Shown here: piece by piece, positions 28,454 to 36,796 of the stretch
How positions within the stretch are numbered: position 1 is the stretch's first letter
Layout: each line of letters starts with the position of its first letter
From: an uncultured Gammaproteobacteria bacterium
GTDB lineage: Bacteria; Patescibacteriota; Patescibacteriia; Magasanikbacterales; JBBTXJ01
Reading direction: 5' to 3'
NCBI GenBank assembly: GCA_964610305.1
Contig: CAZSVL010000007.1
Span: 7,742 to 54,208, forward strand
DNA: 46,467 nucleotides
Notes under the pieces: generated by a model
What the model saw: the letters and a program-made list of their open reading frames with translations, nothing else
Databases searched by the model: none
Told to the model about the DNA's origin: nothing
Position numbers and translations under genes: made by a program

Positions 28454-29527
28454 ATGACAGACAGGCCGATCTACGTAAGGTTTCCCAAGCCAAGTGATGG
28501 TCATTGCCATTTAAGATGGGACGGTAGAACTGATGTAGCGCTACCCTTTAGCGCGCGTCACTTTCAGCGCGTGGTTTGTATGGGCAATGACGACCCACCC
28601 ACCACAACAGCACAGAGGATTATCAGCTACAGAGAATACCTAGATGCAAAAGCTGCTAAGATGGGGTTCCCTCTCTTTGAACCACTGATGGTTCTCTATG
28701 CTACAGATGAGACCACCGCAGAAGATGTGCGTGCTGCCAAAAAGGCCGGCGCGGTAGGCATCAAGGTTATTCCAAAGGGGATGACCACCGGGTCAGAATT
28801 TGGTGTTACTGATTTCAAAAAGCGTACGCCCATGTTTGCCGTAGCTCAGGATGAAGGACTGCCCGTGCTGCTGCACGGAACGCTCCCCTACGATCCGCTC
28901 GCGCACCGCAACCCACTGGATGAAGAAAAAGATTTCCTGCCTACACTCAAGTGGATGGTTGAAACCTTCCCGCGGCTTAAGATCAGTTACGAACATGTAA
29001 GCTCTGCTCTGGTAGCTGACTACATTGCGCAGATTAGCGATCCATCCCGGCTTGTTGCCACCATCACAGTACATCACCTGTTCCTCTACCAAGGCAACGT
29101 GATCTACCCCAAGGTAAAGCCACATCACTGCTGCGCACCGTTCCCCAAGACATTTGAGGATATGATCCGACTGCGCCACTACGCACTTACCGGACACCCG
29201 TGCTTTTTCTTGGGAACAGACAGCGCACCCCACTTTAGAGACAAAAAAGAGTGTGCGGATGTAGACAACGGTGTATTCTCTGCTCCAGTAGCTATCTCCA
29301 TGCTTCTGTCGCTCTTCTGTCACAAAAGCGGCTGGTCTCTGAGCTATCCAAATGAATTTACGGCCTTCACCTCTGGCAATATGGCCTCATTCTACGGACT
29401 ACAGCCGCCAACAGAGACCGTTACGTACCAAAAAAAGTCATGGATCACCCCCCAAGAATATGATGGCATTGTCCCCTTCTGGGCTGGGCAGCCGCAGAAT
29501 TGGGTATTGGTAGAAAATCCTGATTAA
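28454..29527 (+). CDS. pyrC: dihydroorotase (homodimeric type)
   Basis: DGHCHLR, G.TTGS, LLHG, EHVSS, TVHHL, FLGTDSAPH. SD AAGGAGGT. Confidence 0.93.
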   Translation: MTDRPIYVRFPKPSDGHCHLRWDGRTDVALPFSARHFQRVVCMGNDDPPTTTAQRIISYREYLDAKAAKMGFPLFEPLMVLYATDETTAEDVRAAKKAGAVGIKVIPKGMTTGSEFGVTDFKKRTPMFAVAQDEGLPVLLHGTLPYDPLAHRNPLDEEKDFLPTLKWMVETFPRLKISYEHVSSALVADYIAQISDPSRLVATITVHHLFLYQGNVIYPKVKPHHCCAPFPKTFEDMIRLRHYALTGHPCFFLGTDSAPHFRDKKECADVDNGVFSAPVAISMLLSLFCHKSGWSLSYPNEFTAFTSGNMASFYGLQPPTETVTYQKKSWITPQEYDGIVPFWAGQPQNWVLVENPD

Positions 29528-29584
29528 ACTACACGCTGGACACACTCCAGCGTTTTTTGTTACACTGCGCGCCAGGAGGTGATC

Positions 29585-30496
29585 ATGTTTGAAGTTGATC
29601 TTTGTGGAAACAAACTAGAACACCCGCTAGCAAATGCAGCGGGAACATGCAAAAAACTTGAAGGCGAGTTGAGCGTAAAAGAGCTCTGCAGAGCAAAACC
29701 TGCCGTGATAACCGTTGGTTCTGCCACCATTCCTGAAAGACTAGGAAACCCAGGAAATGTATTTTATATCGGACCTCACGAAGGACTAAACTCTCTGGGA
29801 ATGCCAAACTCTGGAGAGTCATACTACATAAAGTACTTGCGCGAGATGGTAAGAAAAGCTCACGCTACCGGCGCGCTCCTTAAATTTAGCGGAGCTGGTT
29901 TCTCACCAGATGAATTTGTGCGACTAGCTGCGCTTGCGCAACAGGCAGAAGTGGACATTTTTGAGGCAAACCTAAGCTGTCCCAATGTCATAGAAACTCT
30001 TGGCACACCAGGCGCGCCTTATTGCTTTAACCCTGCTCTTACGGATCAAACACTTCGAGCAATTAGAAAAAAGACAAATCTCTTGATCGCAGCAAAAGTC
30101 CCACCATATTCAAATCCATCTGACTTGCAAAGAATGGCCAGAATTGTGCACGAGGCCGGCGTAGATATAGTCATTGCGTGCAACACGTTTCCCCAGGGCA
30201 TGGCATTGGATGACAAATTCAAGCCTGTTATCTCTGCCGGTGTTGGCCGCGCGGGCGTATCCGGGCCAGCCATGAAGGCCATTGCACTTGGACAAGTAAT
30301 GCAGTGGCGTGAGGCTCTTCCAGAGAGAATTGCCATTGGTGGCGCTGGTGGCATCAGCAGCGGAAAAGATGTTATGGACTATCTGCATGTAGGCGCAGAC
30401 TATGTAGAGATAGCAACGCAACTTTTTGTGGAAGGCCCTGGAATGTTCAGTCGACTTCTTGCAGAAATGGTAGATCTAAAAGAGCACACCCGTTAA
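29585..30496 (+). CDS. pyrD: dihydroorotate dehydrogenase, class 1
   Basis: NAAGT, LNSLGMPN, NLSCPN (catalytic Cys), CNT, GVSG, GAGGI. SD AGGAGGT. Confidence 0.92.
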   Translation: MFEVDLCGNKLEHPLANAAGTCKKLEGELSVKELCRAKPAVITVGSATIPERLGNPGNVFYIGPHEGLNSLGMPNSGESYYIKYLREMVRKAHATGALLKFSGAGFSPDEFVRLAALAQQAEVDIFEANLSCPNVIETLGTPGAPYCFNPALTDQTLRAIRKKTNLLIAAKVPPYSNPSDLQRMARIVHEAGVDIVIACNTFPQGMALDDKFKPVISAGVGRAGVSGPAMKAIALGQVMQWREALPERIAIGGAGGISSGKDVMDYLHVGADYVEIATQLFVEGPGMFSRLLAEMVDLKEHTR

Positions 30497-30573
30497 ACTA
30501 TTTTGTCACAGTCCTTGCGCCAAACGCAGGGTTTTTTTATACTTATGCTGCCGCTCATTTCACAGGAGGCACC

Positions 30574-31899
30574 ATGGTACGGGGGATTTTTTTATTTTTG
30601 CTTTTGATTGGATGCTCTTCCGATCCACCAACAGATCCGCAGCAAACAGAGCCTGCTCCCATTACCTGGGGGCTAGTGAGTTCTACCGCTCAGCTCGTAA
30701 ATGAGGTATTAGATCCGGCAATATGTCAAAGTGGCTGGACACGTTTAAAAGAGGATCTAGACGGCAAAAGCCAGGGACATTTGCCCCCGCTTCAAAAGGA
30801 CTACGTAAAGCGATTTGAGACACTAAGAGATTTTGCAACAGCGGCTGCAAATGTAAAGCCGCTTTTAGGAGAAGCCATAGGCATTATCAGAATTTCAACT
30901 ATGTGGCCATGCTGGAGCTCTAGTGCAGACTGGCCAGGGCACGTAGACCAAGCTATTCACACTTTGCAACAGGCAGGATGGACAGTAGAGCTCTCACTGC
31001 TACAGCGAGACTCATACCCCACATCTTTGCACGGTAGCGATGGATTTGGCCTTGGTGGCTGGGCACATGATAACGCGCCAGATGAATTTGTAGATTACGT
31101 AGAGCGTGTTCTAGAAAAACTATATGGCAGATTGCCACCGCTCACACGCATTTACTTAGCCAACGAACCGGTCTCTGCCCTATTTGAGGGATATCTAAAC
31201 GGCGAGGGCAAATGGCCACCAGGAGGAAAGGCCGCCGGCAAAAGCCTTGGCAAAGCGCTGATTAACATGCGAGACGCTTTTAAGCGCGCTGGCTCTAAGG
31301 TATATGGCGCAGGACATGTTCCGGCAGTATCAGTAAACATCAGGCCTATGACTAGCAAAGATACCGATGAAGCTAAAACCCTTGATCTGGTTCGCAACTG
31401 GTGGCTGCTTAACGGCGTGGTCATGGGATGTAATGATGATAACTTCTCTGGATTGTGCAATCGTGACAAAGTAGGCCCGATTGATGAGATAGGTCTTACG
31501 TTCTACGGAACCATGTCTGCAACAGATGCAGCCGTGAACATTGCAGATGGCGTTCCCATGAGCCTGCCAGATCACAACTTTGTTCCCAACGCTTTCTGGT
31601 TTGGTGAGGCACTCTCTGAGCTGTATGGCGTCTATGACGTATCCATTGGCGTTTCTGAAGTAGGCTTTTCATCCGGATCCACAGACAAAATGGAAACGTG
31701 GCTACAAGAATACAAGTCGCGCGTTGGAATCGTAACACCAAAGGGAGACAGCACCTTTATACAAATTCACACCTTATTTGAAAGCGCAGAATTCTCAGCC
31801 GGAGAATGGTACTTTCATATGGCAGAGGGCTGCAATGGCTCTGCATGCAAACTGACCCCTTGGGGAGAGCGAGCTCTTGCGGTCATCTCTGAAAACTAG
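30574..31899 (+). CDS. lipoprotein glycoside hydrolase, clan GH-A (GH1-like, divergent)
   Basis: Lipobox LLIGC, acid/base NEP, nucleophile VSEVG, WPPG. Confidence 0.7.
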   Translation: MVRGIFLFLLLIGCSSDPPTDPQQTEPAPITWGLVSSTAQLVNEVLDPAICQSGWTRLKEDLDGKSQGHLPPLQKDYVKRFETLRDFATAAANVKPLLGEAIGIIRISTMWPCWSSSADWPGHVDQAIHTLQQAGWTVELSLLQRDSYPTSLHGSDGFGLGGWAHDNAPDEFVDYVERVLEKLYGRLPPLTRIYLANEPVSALFEGYLNGEGKWPPGGKAAGKSLGKALINMRDAFKRAGSKVYGAGHVPAVSVNIRPMTSKDTDEAKTLDLVRNWWLLNGVVMGCNDDNFSGLCNRDKVGPIDEIGLTFYGTMSATDAAVNIADGVPMSLPDHNFVPNAFWFGEALSELYGVYDVSIGVSEVGFSSGSTDKMETWLQEYKSRVGIVTPKGDSTFIQIHTLFESAEFSAGEWYFHMAEGCNGSACKLTPWGERALAVISEN

Positions 31900-31932
31900 A
31901 CATGGCGCCTATGGCGCCTTTTTGTTATCCCC

Positions 31933-31961
31933 TTGACAAGGTGCTACAAATAGTGTAAACT
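31933..31961 (+). promoter_or_regulatory. sigma70-type promoter of the ABC transporter leader
   Basis: TTGACA-17 nt-TAAACT. Confidence 0.75.
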
Positions 31962-32000
31962 CTTTAATTGCTACCCATTTTTGGGAGTAATAAACAAAAT

Positions 32001-32166
32001 ATGACATTTCTAACCATCAATTCAAACGTGTCAGGAAAGGCGCCAATCGTGCGTGCTATTGTTGATGGTACCTTTAATTTCAACACTAACGCTGAGCAAC
32101 CGGATCCAAGATTTTAAGCTAAAATAAGCTAAAAGTTTTAGATCCCTTGCCCAGCAGGGGATTTTT
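32001..32166 (+). promoter_or_regulatory. leader peptide (32001-32117) plus terminator/antiterminator attenuator
   Basis: 38-codon uORF ending QPDPRF; terminator ATCCCTTGC/GCAGGGGAT-TTTT at 32142-32166; competing hairpin 32102-32145. Confidence 0.6.
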
Positions 32167-32196
32167 AATCGTTCTTTCACCTGTAAGGAGTTAGCG

Positions 32197-34038
32197 TTGA
32201 AAAATCCGTTTAGCACATGGAAGAAGCATTTATCAGGAACAGCAGAAAGTGTAAAAGTGTACAAATGGGTGTGGACAAAACTTCTCTCAGAAAAAAGCAA
32301 AAGATTTGCCAAGTGGATGATTCTCTTTGTCGTTCTTGGTCAAGGGATTGGCATGGCCAGCCCATGGATTTTAGGACTATACGTAGATGCACTTGCGGAT
32401 CCAAATCCTATGCATTGGTACCATCTTGGCGCCTTGACCACATGCTTTGCACTCTCGCGCATCTTTCACTTCATTAAAGGCCTCTTCAGAGAGGTGGCTT
32501 GGGGAGAGAATGTTCGCATGCTTGATTGGAGATCAAATCAGCTGTTCATGGAAAAATCTCTTGGCCAGCACTTAAGCCAAGCAGACAGACTTGCGGCTTC
32601 TAACATGGAAAAGGGCAGGAATCGCCTCTTTGATGTGCAACAAGTCTTACTCTTTGAAATGGTTGAAGTCTTGTACATGCTCTTTATCTCATACGTTTTT
32701 GTGTGGATGATGAGCCCCGTTGCCGGGATGATTATGAGCGCTGGATTCATCAGCTTTATTCTCTGGTCGCTTGTGATCAATCAGAAGATTGCCCAGATTG
32801 GCATTCCCATTGATAAAGACTTTAGAGCTGTAAACAGGCATAGAGTTGAGCGCATGGATAGGGTGGAGCGCGTTAAGGCTTTTGGCAAAGAAGACGAAGA
32901 AGTTGCCTTCCAAAATCAGTGGCTTGAGAAAACCATCATGGCGGATCGCAAACTGTGGTTCTGGGTCATCAAACACATGAACGCCCGCTCCATCATTAAT
33001 ATTTCTTGCCTCATTGGCGTTGTTGGATACGCCGGCATGAACGTGCGCGCTGGTATTTGGGAAATGGGCATACTTGTCCCGCTTTATCTCTGGTGCAAAG
33101 GAATTGTTGATAATCTCTGGCGCGTTGACTACATGGAACGCCGCCTTAATGAAGCCATGCCTTCTGTGCGAGCCATGATGCAGGCGCTGACCATTGCGCC
33201 AGATGTGGTAGACAAAGATGACGCTATAACACTGCAGGCAAATCAGCCCATCGGCGTTAGCTTTAGCGGAATCTCTCATAAGTATCCTCAGAGCAATGGA
33301 ACACCCGCCCAACCCGTACTCAAAAACATCACCTTTGATGTAAAGCCGGGAGAAGTCGTGGCGCTTTTGGGGCAAAGTGGTGTTGGCAAAACCACTATTA
33401 TGCGGCTTTTGCAACGCGCTATGGATCCGCAAGAGGGATCGGTGAGCGTTTGCGGTAGTGATTTGCGTAACATTAAGCTCTCCAGCTGGCTGTCCAAAAC
33501 CGGCTACATTGCGCAGCAACCAGCGGTGCTTGATGGCACAGTAAAGTATAATTTGCTTTATGGCCTGGAGCCAGAGCAACGCGCGCTTGTTACCGACGAG
33601 CAACTCTGGGCGCTTATGGAGCAGTTCAAGATTGACTTTGGTGAGCGCCTTACTGAAGGCCTTCAAACCAAGGTTGGGAAAAATGGTCTTAAACTCTCTG
33701 GTGGAGAAGCGCAACGCCTGATGATTGGCGCAGCGGCTATCAAAAACCCAGACTTTATGATCATTGATGAGGCTACTAGCTCACTGGACTCAACTACTGA
33801 AAAGCAAGTTCAGCATGGCCTGGCAGAACTACTTAACGGCGGCATGGGAGCGCTGATTATTGCTCACCGCCTCTCTACCGTGCGGGACATCTGCGATAAA
33901 TTCGTAGTACTCCGTCCTGTAGCTGAGCTTGTAAATGGCGATCCTCAGGTTGAGGCAATCGCCACATCCTTTGATGAGCTCTTTAAGACTTCCCCCACCT
34001 TCCGCAGACTAGCGGGAGATCAAGGAATTACGGTGTAA
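32197..34038 (+). CDS. ABC exporter with fused TMD and NBD (MsbA/ABCB-like)
   Basis: N-terminal TM domain, GQSGVGKT, LSGGEAQR, IIDEATSSLD, IAHRLST. TTG start after AAGGAG. Confidence 0.93.
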   Translation: MKNPFSTWKKHLSGTAESVKVYKWVWTKLLSEKSKRFAKWMILFVVLGQGIGMASPWILGLYVDALADPNPMHWYHLGALTTCFALSRIFHFIKGLFREVAWGENVRMLDWRSNQLFMEKSLGQHLSQADRLAASNMEKGRNRLFDVQQVLLFEMVEVLYMLFISYVFVWMMSPVAGMIMSAGFISFILWSLVINQKIAQIGIPIDKDFRAVNRHRVERMDRVERVKAFGKEDEEVAFQNQWLEKTIMADRKLWFWVIKHMNARSIINISCLIGVVGYAGMNVRAGIWEMGILVPLYLWCKGIVDNLWRVDYMERRLNEAMPSVRAMMQALTIAPDVVDKDDAITLQANQPIGVSFSGISHKYPQSNGTPAQPVLKNITFDVKPGEVVALLGQSGVGKTTIMRLLQRAMDPQEGSVSVCGSDLRNIKLSSWLSKTGYIAQQPAVLDGTVKYNLLYGLEPEQRALVTDEQLWALMEQFKIDFGERLTEGLQTKVGKNGLKLSGGEAQRLMIGAAAIKNPDFMIIDEATSSLDSTTEKQVQHGLAELLNGGMGALIIAHRLSTVRDICDKFVVLRPVAELVNGDPQVEAIATSFDELFKTSPTFRRLAGDQGITV

Positions 34039-34044
34039 CAAAAT

Positions 34045-34073
34045 ACCGGCAGAATGTTCTGCCGGTTCTTTTT
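34045..34073. terminator. terminator between convergent genes
   Basis: ACCGGCAGAA-tg-TTCTGCCGGT then TCTTTTT. Confidence 0.8.
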
Positions 34074-34287
34074 ATACACTTGCTCTTGTTAAGTTGCTAG
34101 ATTCTCCGCCACAGAACTCAAGGACGGCTGCGGAAGCATTACTCTGACAAGCTGCATCACTGCAGCTACACACATGAACAAAACCGTACTGCATCTCACA
34201 TGTTGCCTTCTGACCACAAGAACAATTCTCATGACGAGCACCCTGCTTAATCCTAACCGTGCGTGTAACGGGAATACCCGTAACCAT
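34072..34287 (-). CDS. small Cys-rich hypothetical protein (71 aa)
   Basis: SD AAGGAGGT, promoter TTGACA-17-TATTCT; CSC..C..CSC....C pattern. Confidence 0.65.
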   Translation of the reverse strand: MVTGIPVTRTVRIKQGARHENCSCGQKATCEMQYGFVHVCSCSDAACQSNASAAVLEFCGGESSNLTRASV

Positions 34288-34376
34288 AAACACCTCCTTG
34301 CCGTAGAGAATAATACATTCCATAAAATTTGTCAATAAACATAACGTGATCAAAAAAATTTACCACTCCTTTCCTC

Positions 34377-34409
34377 TCCATAGCTTGACGGTCGTCAAAT
34401 TATGGAAAG
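34377..34409. repeat. palindromic repeat, left copy flanking the PaaX-like gene
   Basis: TCCATA-gc-TTGACGGTCGTCAA-at-TATGGAAAG. Confidence 0.8.
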
Positions 34410-34426
34410 AGGAGTATACTAAAACC

Positions 34427-35032
34427 ATGTCCGCCTTTCATGATAGAGTAGACCAATTCCTGGAAGAGCGTCGTCTTGCCGCTGCAATTTTGACGGTTGC
34501 CGCAATTACAGGGGTATTGACTGTGGCTGTTGTAGCCCCAAATGCCATCCAGCTATTTGCGCAGACAACAAAGAAAAGGTACAGGTACAAAAATAAAAAC
34601 TGGAAACGTACGCTCACCCGTCTCAAAAAAGCGGGCTATCTCAACAATCATTCCAAAATACCAGGAGCTCATACATATTCCATCACCGAAAAAGGATTTT
34701 TACACCTATTAGGTAAAATACCTTCAAAATCTGTTCAACAGTCAAAGAAAAAATGGAATAAAAAGTGGCACATCATAATGTTTGATGTAGACGAAGATAA
34801 AAGAGGAATACGAAATGTTCTACGCAGACAACTCCTTCATCTTAACTTTACTCAACTACAAAAAAGTGTCTGGATAAACGCATATGCACCAAACCAATCA
34901 ATTCTACAACTTTTGCAAGAGGGTGCAAAGCTGCAATCAGTTAAACTTTTTTACATCCAAACTGATAGATTTCACGGAGATCAGCCGATATTAAAACAAT
35001 TTGGCCTGGCAAATAGACTTTCCATTTCTTGA
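34427..35032 (+). CDS. CPR-type PaaX-like protein (winged helix plus Cas2/VapD-like ferredoxin domain)
   Basis: LTRLKKAGYL..YSITEKG wHTH; WNKKWHIIMFDV.E..R..R..L....F..LQKSVW. ATG 34427 is 6 nt after TATACT. Confidence 0.85.
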   Translation: MSAFHDRVDQFLEERRLAAAILTVAAITGVLTVAVVAPNAIQLFAQTTKKRYRYKNKNWKRTLTRLKKAGYLNNHSKIPGAHTYSITEKGFLHLLGKIPSKSVQQSKKKWNKKWHIIMFDVDEDKRGIRNVLRRQLLHLNFTQLQKSVWINAYAPNQSILQLLQEGAKLQSVKLFYIQTDRFHGDQPILKQFGLANRLSIS

Positions 35033-35053
35033 CGACCGTCAAACAATGGAAAG
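35018..35053. repeat. palindromic repeat, right (inverted) copy overlapping the stop codon
   Basis: CTTTCCAT-ttc-TTGACGACCGTCAA-aca-ATGGAAAG. Confidence 0.8.
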
Positions 35054-35134
35054 CTCTTTTTGTGTGAACTTGGGACATCCTGAATATAATGCAGTTTTTA
35101 TACAACGCAAAAACCGCCGGGCGGCGGTTTCTAT

Positions 35135-35323
35135 TTGTTGCGGGGACTGGATATTCACTGCTCGCCGCTGCGCGCTGCGCTCCATAAGGGCTTCCGCCCC
35201 TCTGGTCTTCGCTTCGCTCAGGTCACCCTCCGCAATGTAAGGGGGATACTCCCCCTTACCATCCCCCTAGGTTCAAATCCCCCAATCTACGCAACAAAAT
35301 ACAGCACAATGTGCTGTATTTTG
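35135..35323. repeat. tRNA-fMet 3'-end-derived direct and inverted relics with palindromic inserts
   Basis: TTGTTGCGGGGACTGGAT at 35135-35152 equals 35321-35338. Inverted GGTTCAAATCC at about 35270. 18 bp hairpin at 35290-35328. Confidence 0.7.
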
Positions 35324-35397
35324 TTGCGGGGACTGGATTTGAACCAGCGACCTCCAGGTTATGGGCCTGGCGAGCTGCCTGACTGCTCTACCCCGCG
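35324..35397 (-). tRNA. initiator tRNA-fMet(CAT)
   Basis: CGCGGGG...CCCCGCAA with C1:A72 mismatch; anticodon arm CCAGG-CCCATAA-CCTGG; GGTTCAAATCC. Confidence 0.9.
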
Positions 35398-35434
35398 GGA
35401 CTATTCTACCAGCGCTTGCCTTTTTTGTCAACAG

Positions 35435-36472
35435 TTATATCAAGGTCACCCTACTACACGGAAACGTAACTGCTTTGTTTATATCTTGCGCCCCATGAAG
35501 CCACTGAATTACTCTTGCCATACCAAATCCGCAGCCGGCGTGTGGTACGCTTCCATTCTTCTCTAATCTATCCATGTACCAATCAAAATCCTCTATTGAG
35601 CCGCCCTTTTCCAGAAGCCGCTTAAACATGTTGGACTTCAACAACCGATCCTTCATCACCTCTGGAATATGCACGCGCGCCGCTGCTCCTACAGATTCGC
35701 CCGCAAACGGTAGAATCAGATCTGAGGAGAGCACTCTTCCCGCATGATCCGGATCTGGCAACATGTTAAAGAACTTCTCTACTTCTATATTTTGCCCGTC
35801 TGGATGCATGGGGTCGGGAAAGTGAGTAATAAACAGCGGGCCGCCCCCCATTTTTTGCACTAGCTGCTGTTCTCTTTTGCTGCTAATATCATCTCCCCAT
35901 TTGATATCCTCTCCCAGCTCTTTGAGAGTATCAATTGCCTGATCATACGTAAGCCGTGCAAAAGGCTTAGAAAAATCCGCTAAATGCGGAGCTTTGGTCA
36001 ATCGGTATGTGGCACTTCCCACAGCTTTTATGAATCCTTCTATCTCTTGCAAAAGCTTCTCAAATCCTCCCGCAAACTCAATTTCAATCATCATAAATTC
36101 AGACAAATGCCTGCCATCTACATCTGGCTCTGCTCTAAAGCTGGGCCCAACGCAGTAGACTTTTTCTAAGTCTGGAACATACGCCTCCAGATAAAGCTGA
36201 GCCGTCTGCGCTAAATACGCTGGAATATTTTTGTATGAGCTCTGGTCTCTCCACCAAAAATTCTCTCCTTGCCCCGCTACCGTAAAAAGCGTGTCCACAT
36301 TCTCGCACGCGCCACTTGCCCTTACCATTCGTGGAGGAAACATTTCTAAATACCCTTTTCCCTCTAAATAATCTCTTCCCGCCTTAAAGGCGATAGCCTC
36401 CACTCTTGTTACCAAATGCGGATCCTTCTTTGTTTCTATTGTTTTAATATTTGTTATTGTTTGTGTTGTCAT
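35435..36472 (-). CDS. class II AsnRS/AspRS-like catalytic-domain-only protein (possible archaeal-type asparagine synthetase)
   Basis: YLAQTAQLYLE, motif 2 FRAE..RHLSEF, motif 3 PHAGCGFGMAR. Only ~345 aa with no N-terminal OB anticodon-binding domain. Confidence 0.8.
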   Translation of the reverse strand: MTTQTITNIKTIETKKDPHLVTRVEAIAFKAGRDYLEGKGYLEMFPPRMVRASGACENVDTLFTVAGQGENFWWRDQSSYKNIPAYLAQTAQLYLEAYVPDLEKVYCVGPSFRAEPDVDGRHLSEFMMIEIEFAGGFEKLLQEIEGFIKAVGSATYRLTKAPHLADFSKPFARLTYDQAIDTLKELGEDIKWGDDISSKREQQLVQKMGGGPLFITHFPDPMHPDGQNIEVEKFFNMLPDPDHAGRVLSSDLILPFAGESVGAAARVHIPEVMKDRLLKSNMFKRLLEKGGSIEDFDWYMDRLEKNGSVPHAGCGFGMARVIQWLHGAQDINKAVTFPCSRVTLI

Positions 36473-36479
36473 AGTATAT

Positions 36480-36617
36480 GTCATCCTGAGCGCAGCAAAG
36501 GATCCCGCAGCTACCAGATCCAAGCTGCAATGAATAATTGGGCCTGAAACTAGGGAACTTTCTGTCTATAAAAAAATATCCCCTCTTTAGGGGATTCTTC
36601 GCTTTGCTCAGAATGAC
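36480..36617. repeat. inverted pair of GTC-tagged REP-like palindromes
   Basis: GTCATCCTGAGCGCAGCAAAGGATCCC (36480-36506) versus the reverse complement of 36591-36617: 22/27 identical. Confidence 0.75.
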
Positions 36618-36742
36618 GGTGAAAGGATTCAGGCGAAATTTGGAAATACGATGCCTGCGGCTGAGCAAGCCGCGGCGGCGCTAAATTGTGGCGCTTAGGC
36701 ATCCGCGATAGTATAGTGCGCACCAGATTCATTGTCAAAAAG

Positions 36743-36751
36743 TTATCCACA
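36743..36751 (+). promoter_or_regulatory. consensus DnaA box
   Basis: TTATCCACA in an intergenic region. Confidence 0.45.
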
Positions 36752-36796
36752 AAAAAACTTGGCACCAAACGGCACCAAGCACTCAACCATGCCAAG

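Noticed and set aside
32689-33714. 341 aa antisense ORF, and other long ORFs opposite real genes
   Set aside because: Shadow frames of well-supported genes, with no motifs.
34427-35032. CRISPR-associated cas2
   Set aside because: The Cas2-like fold is fused to a winged helix (PaaX-like). There is no cas1 or repeat-spacer array in the window.
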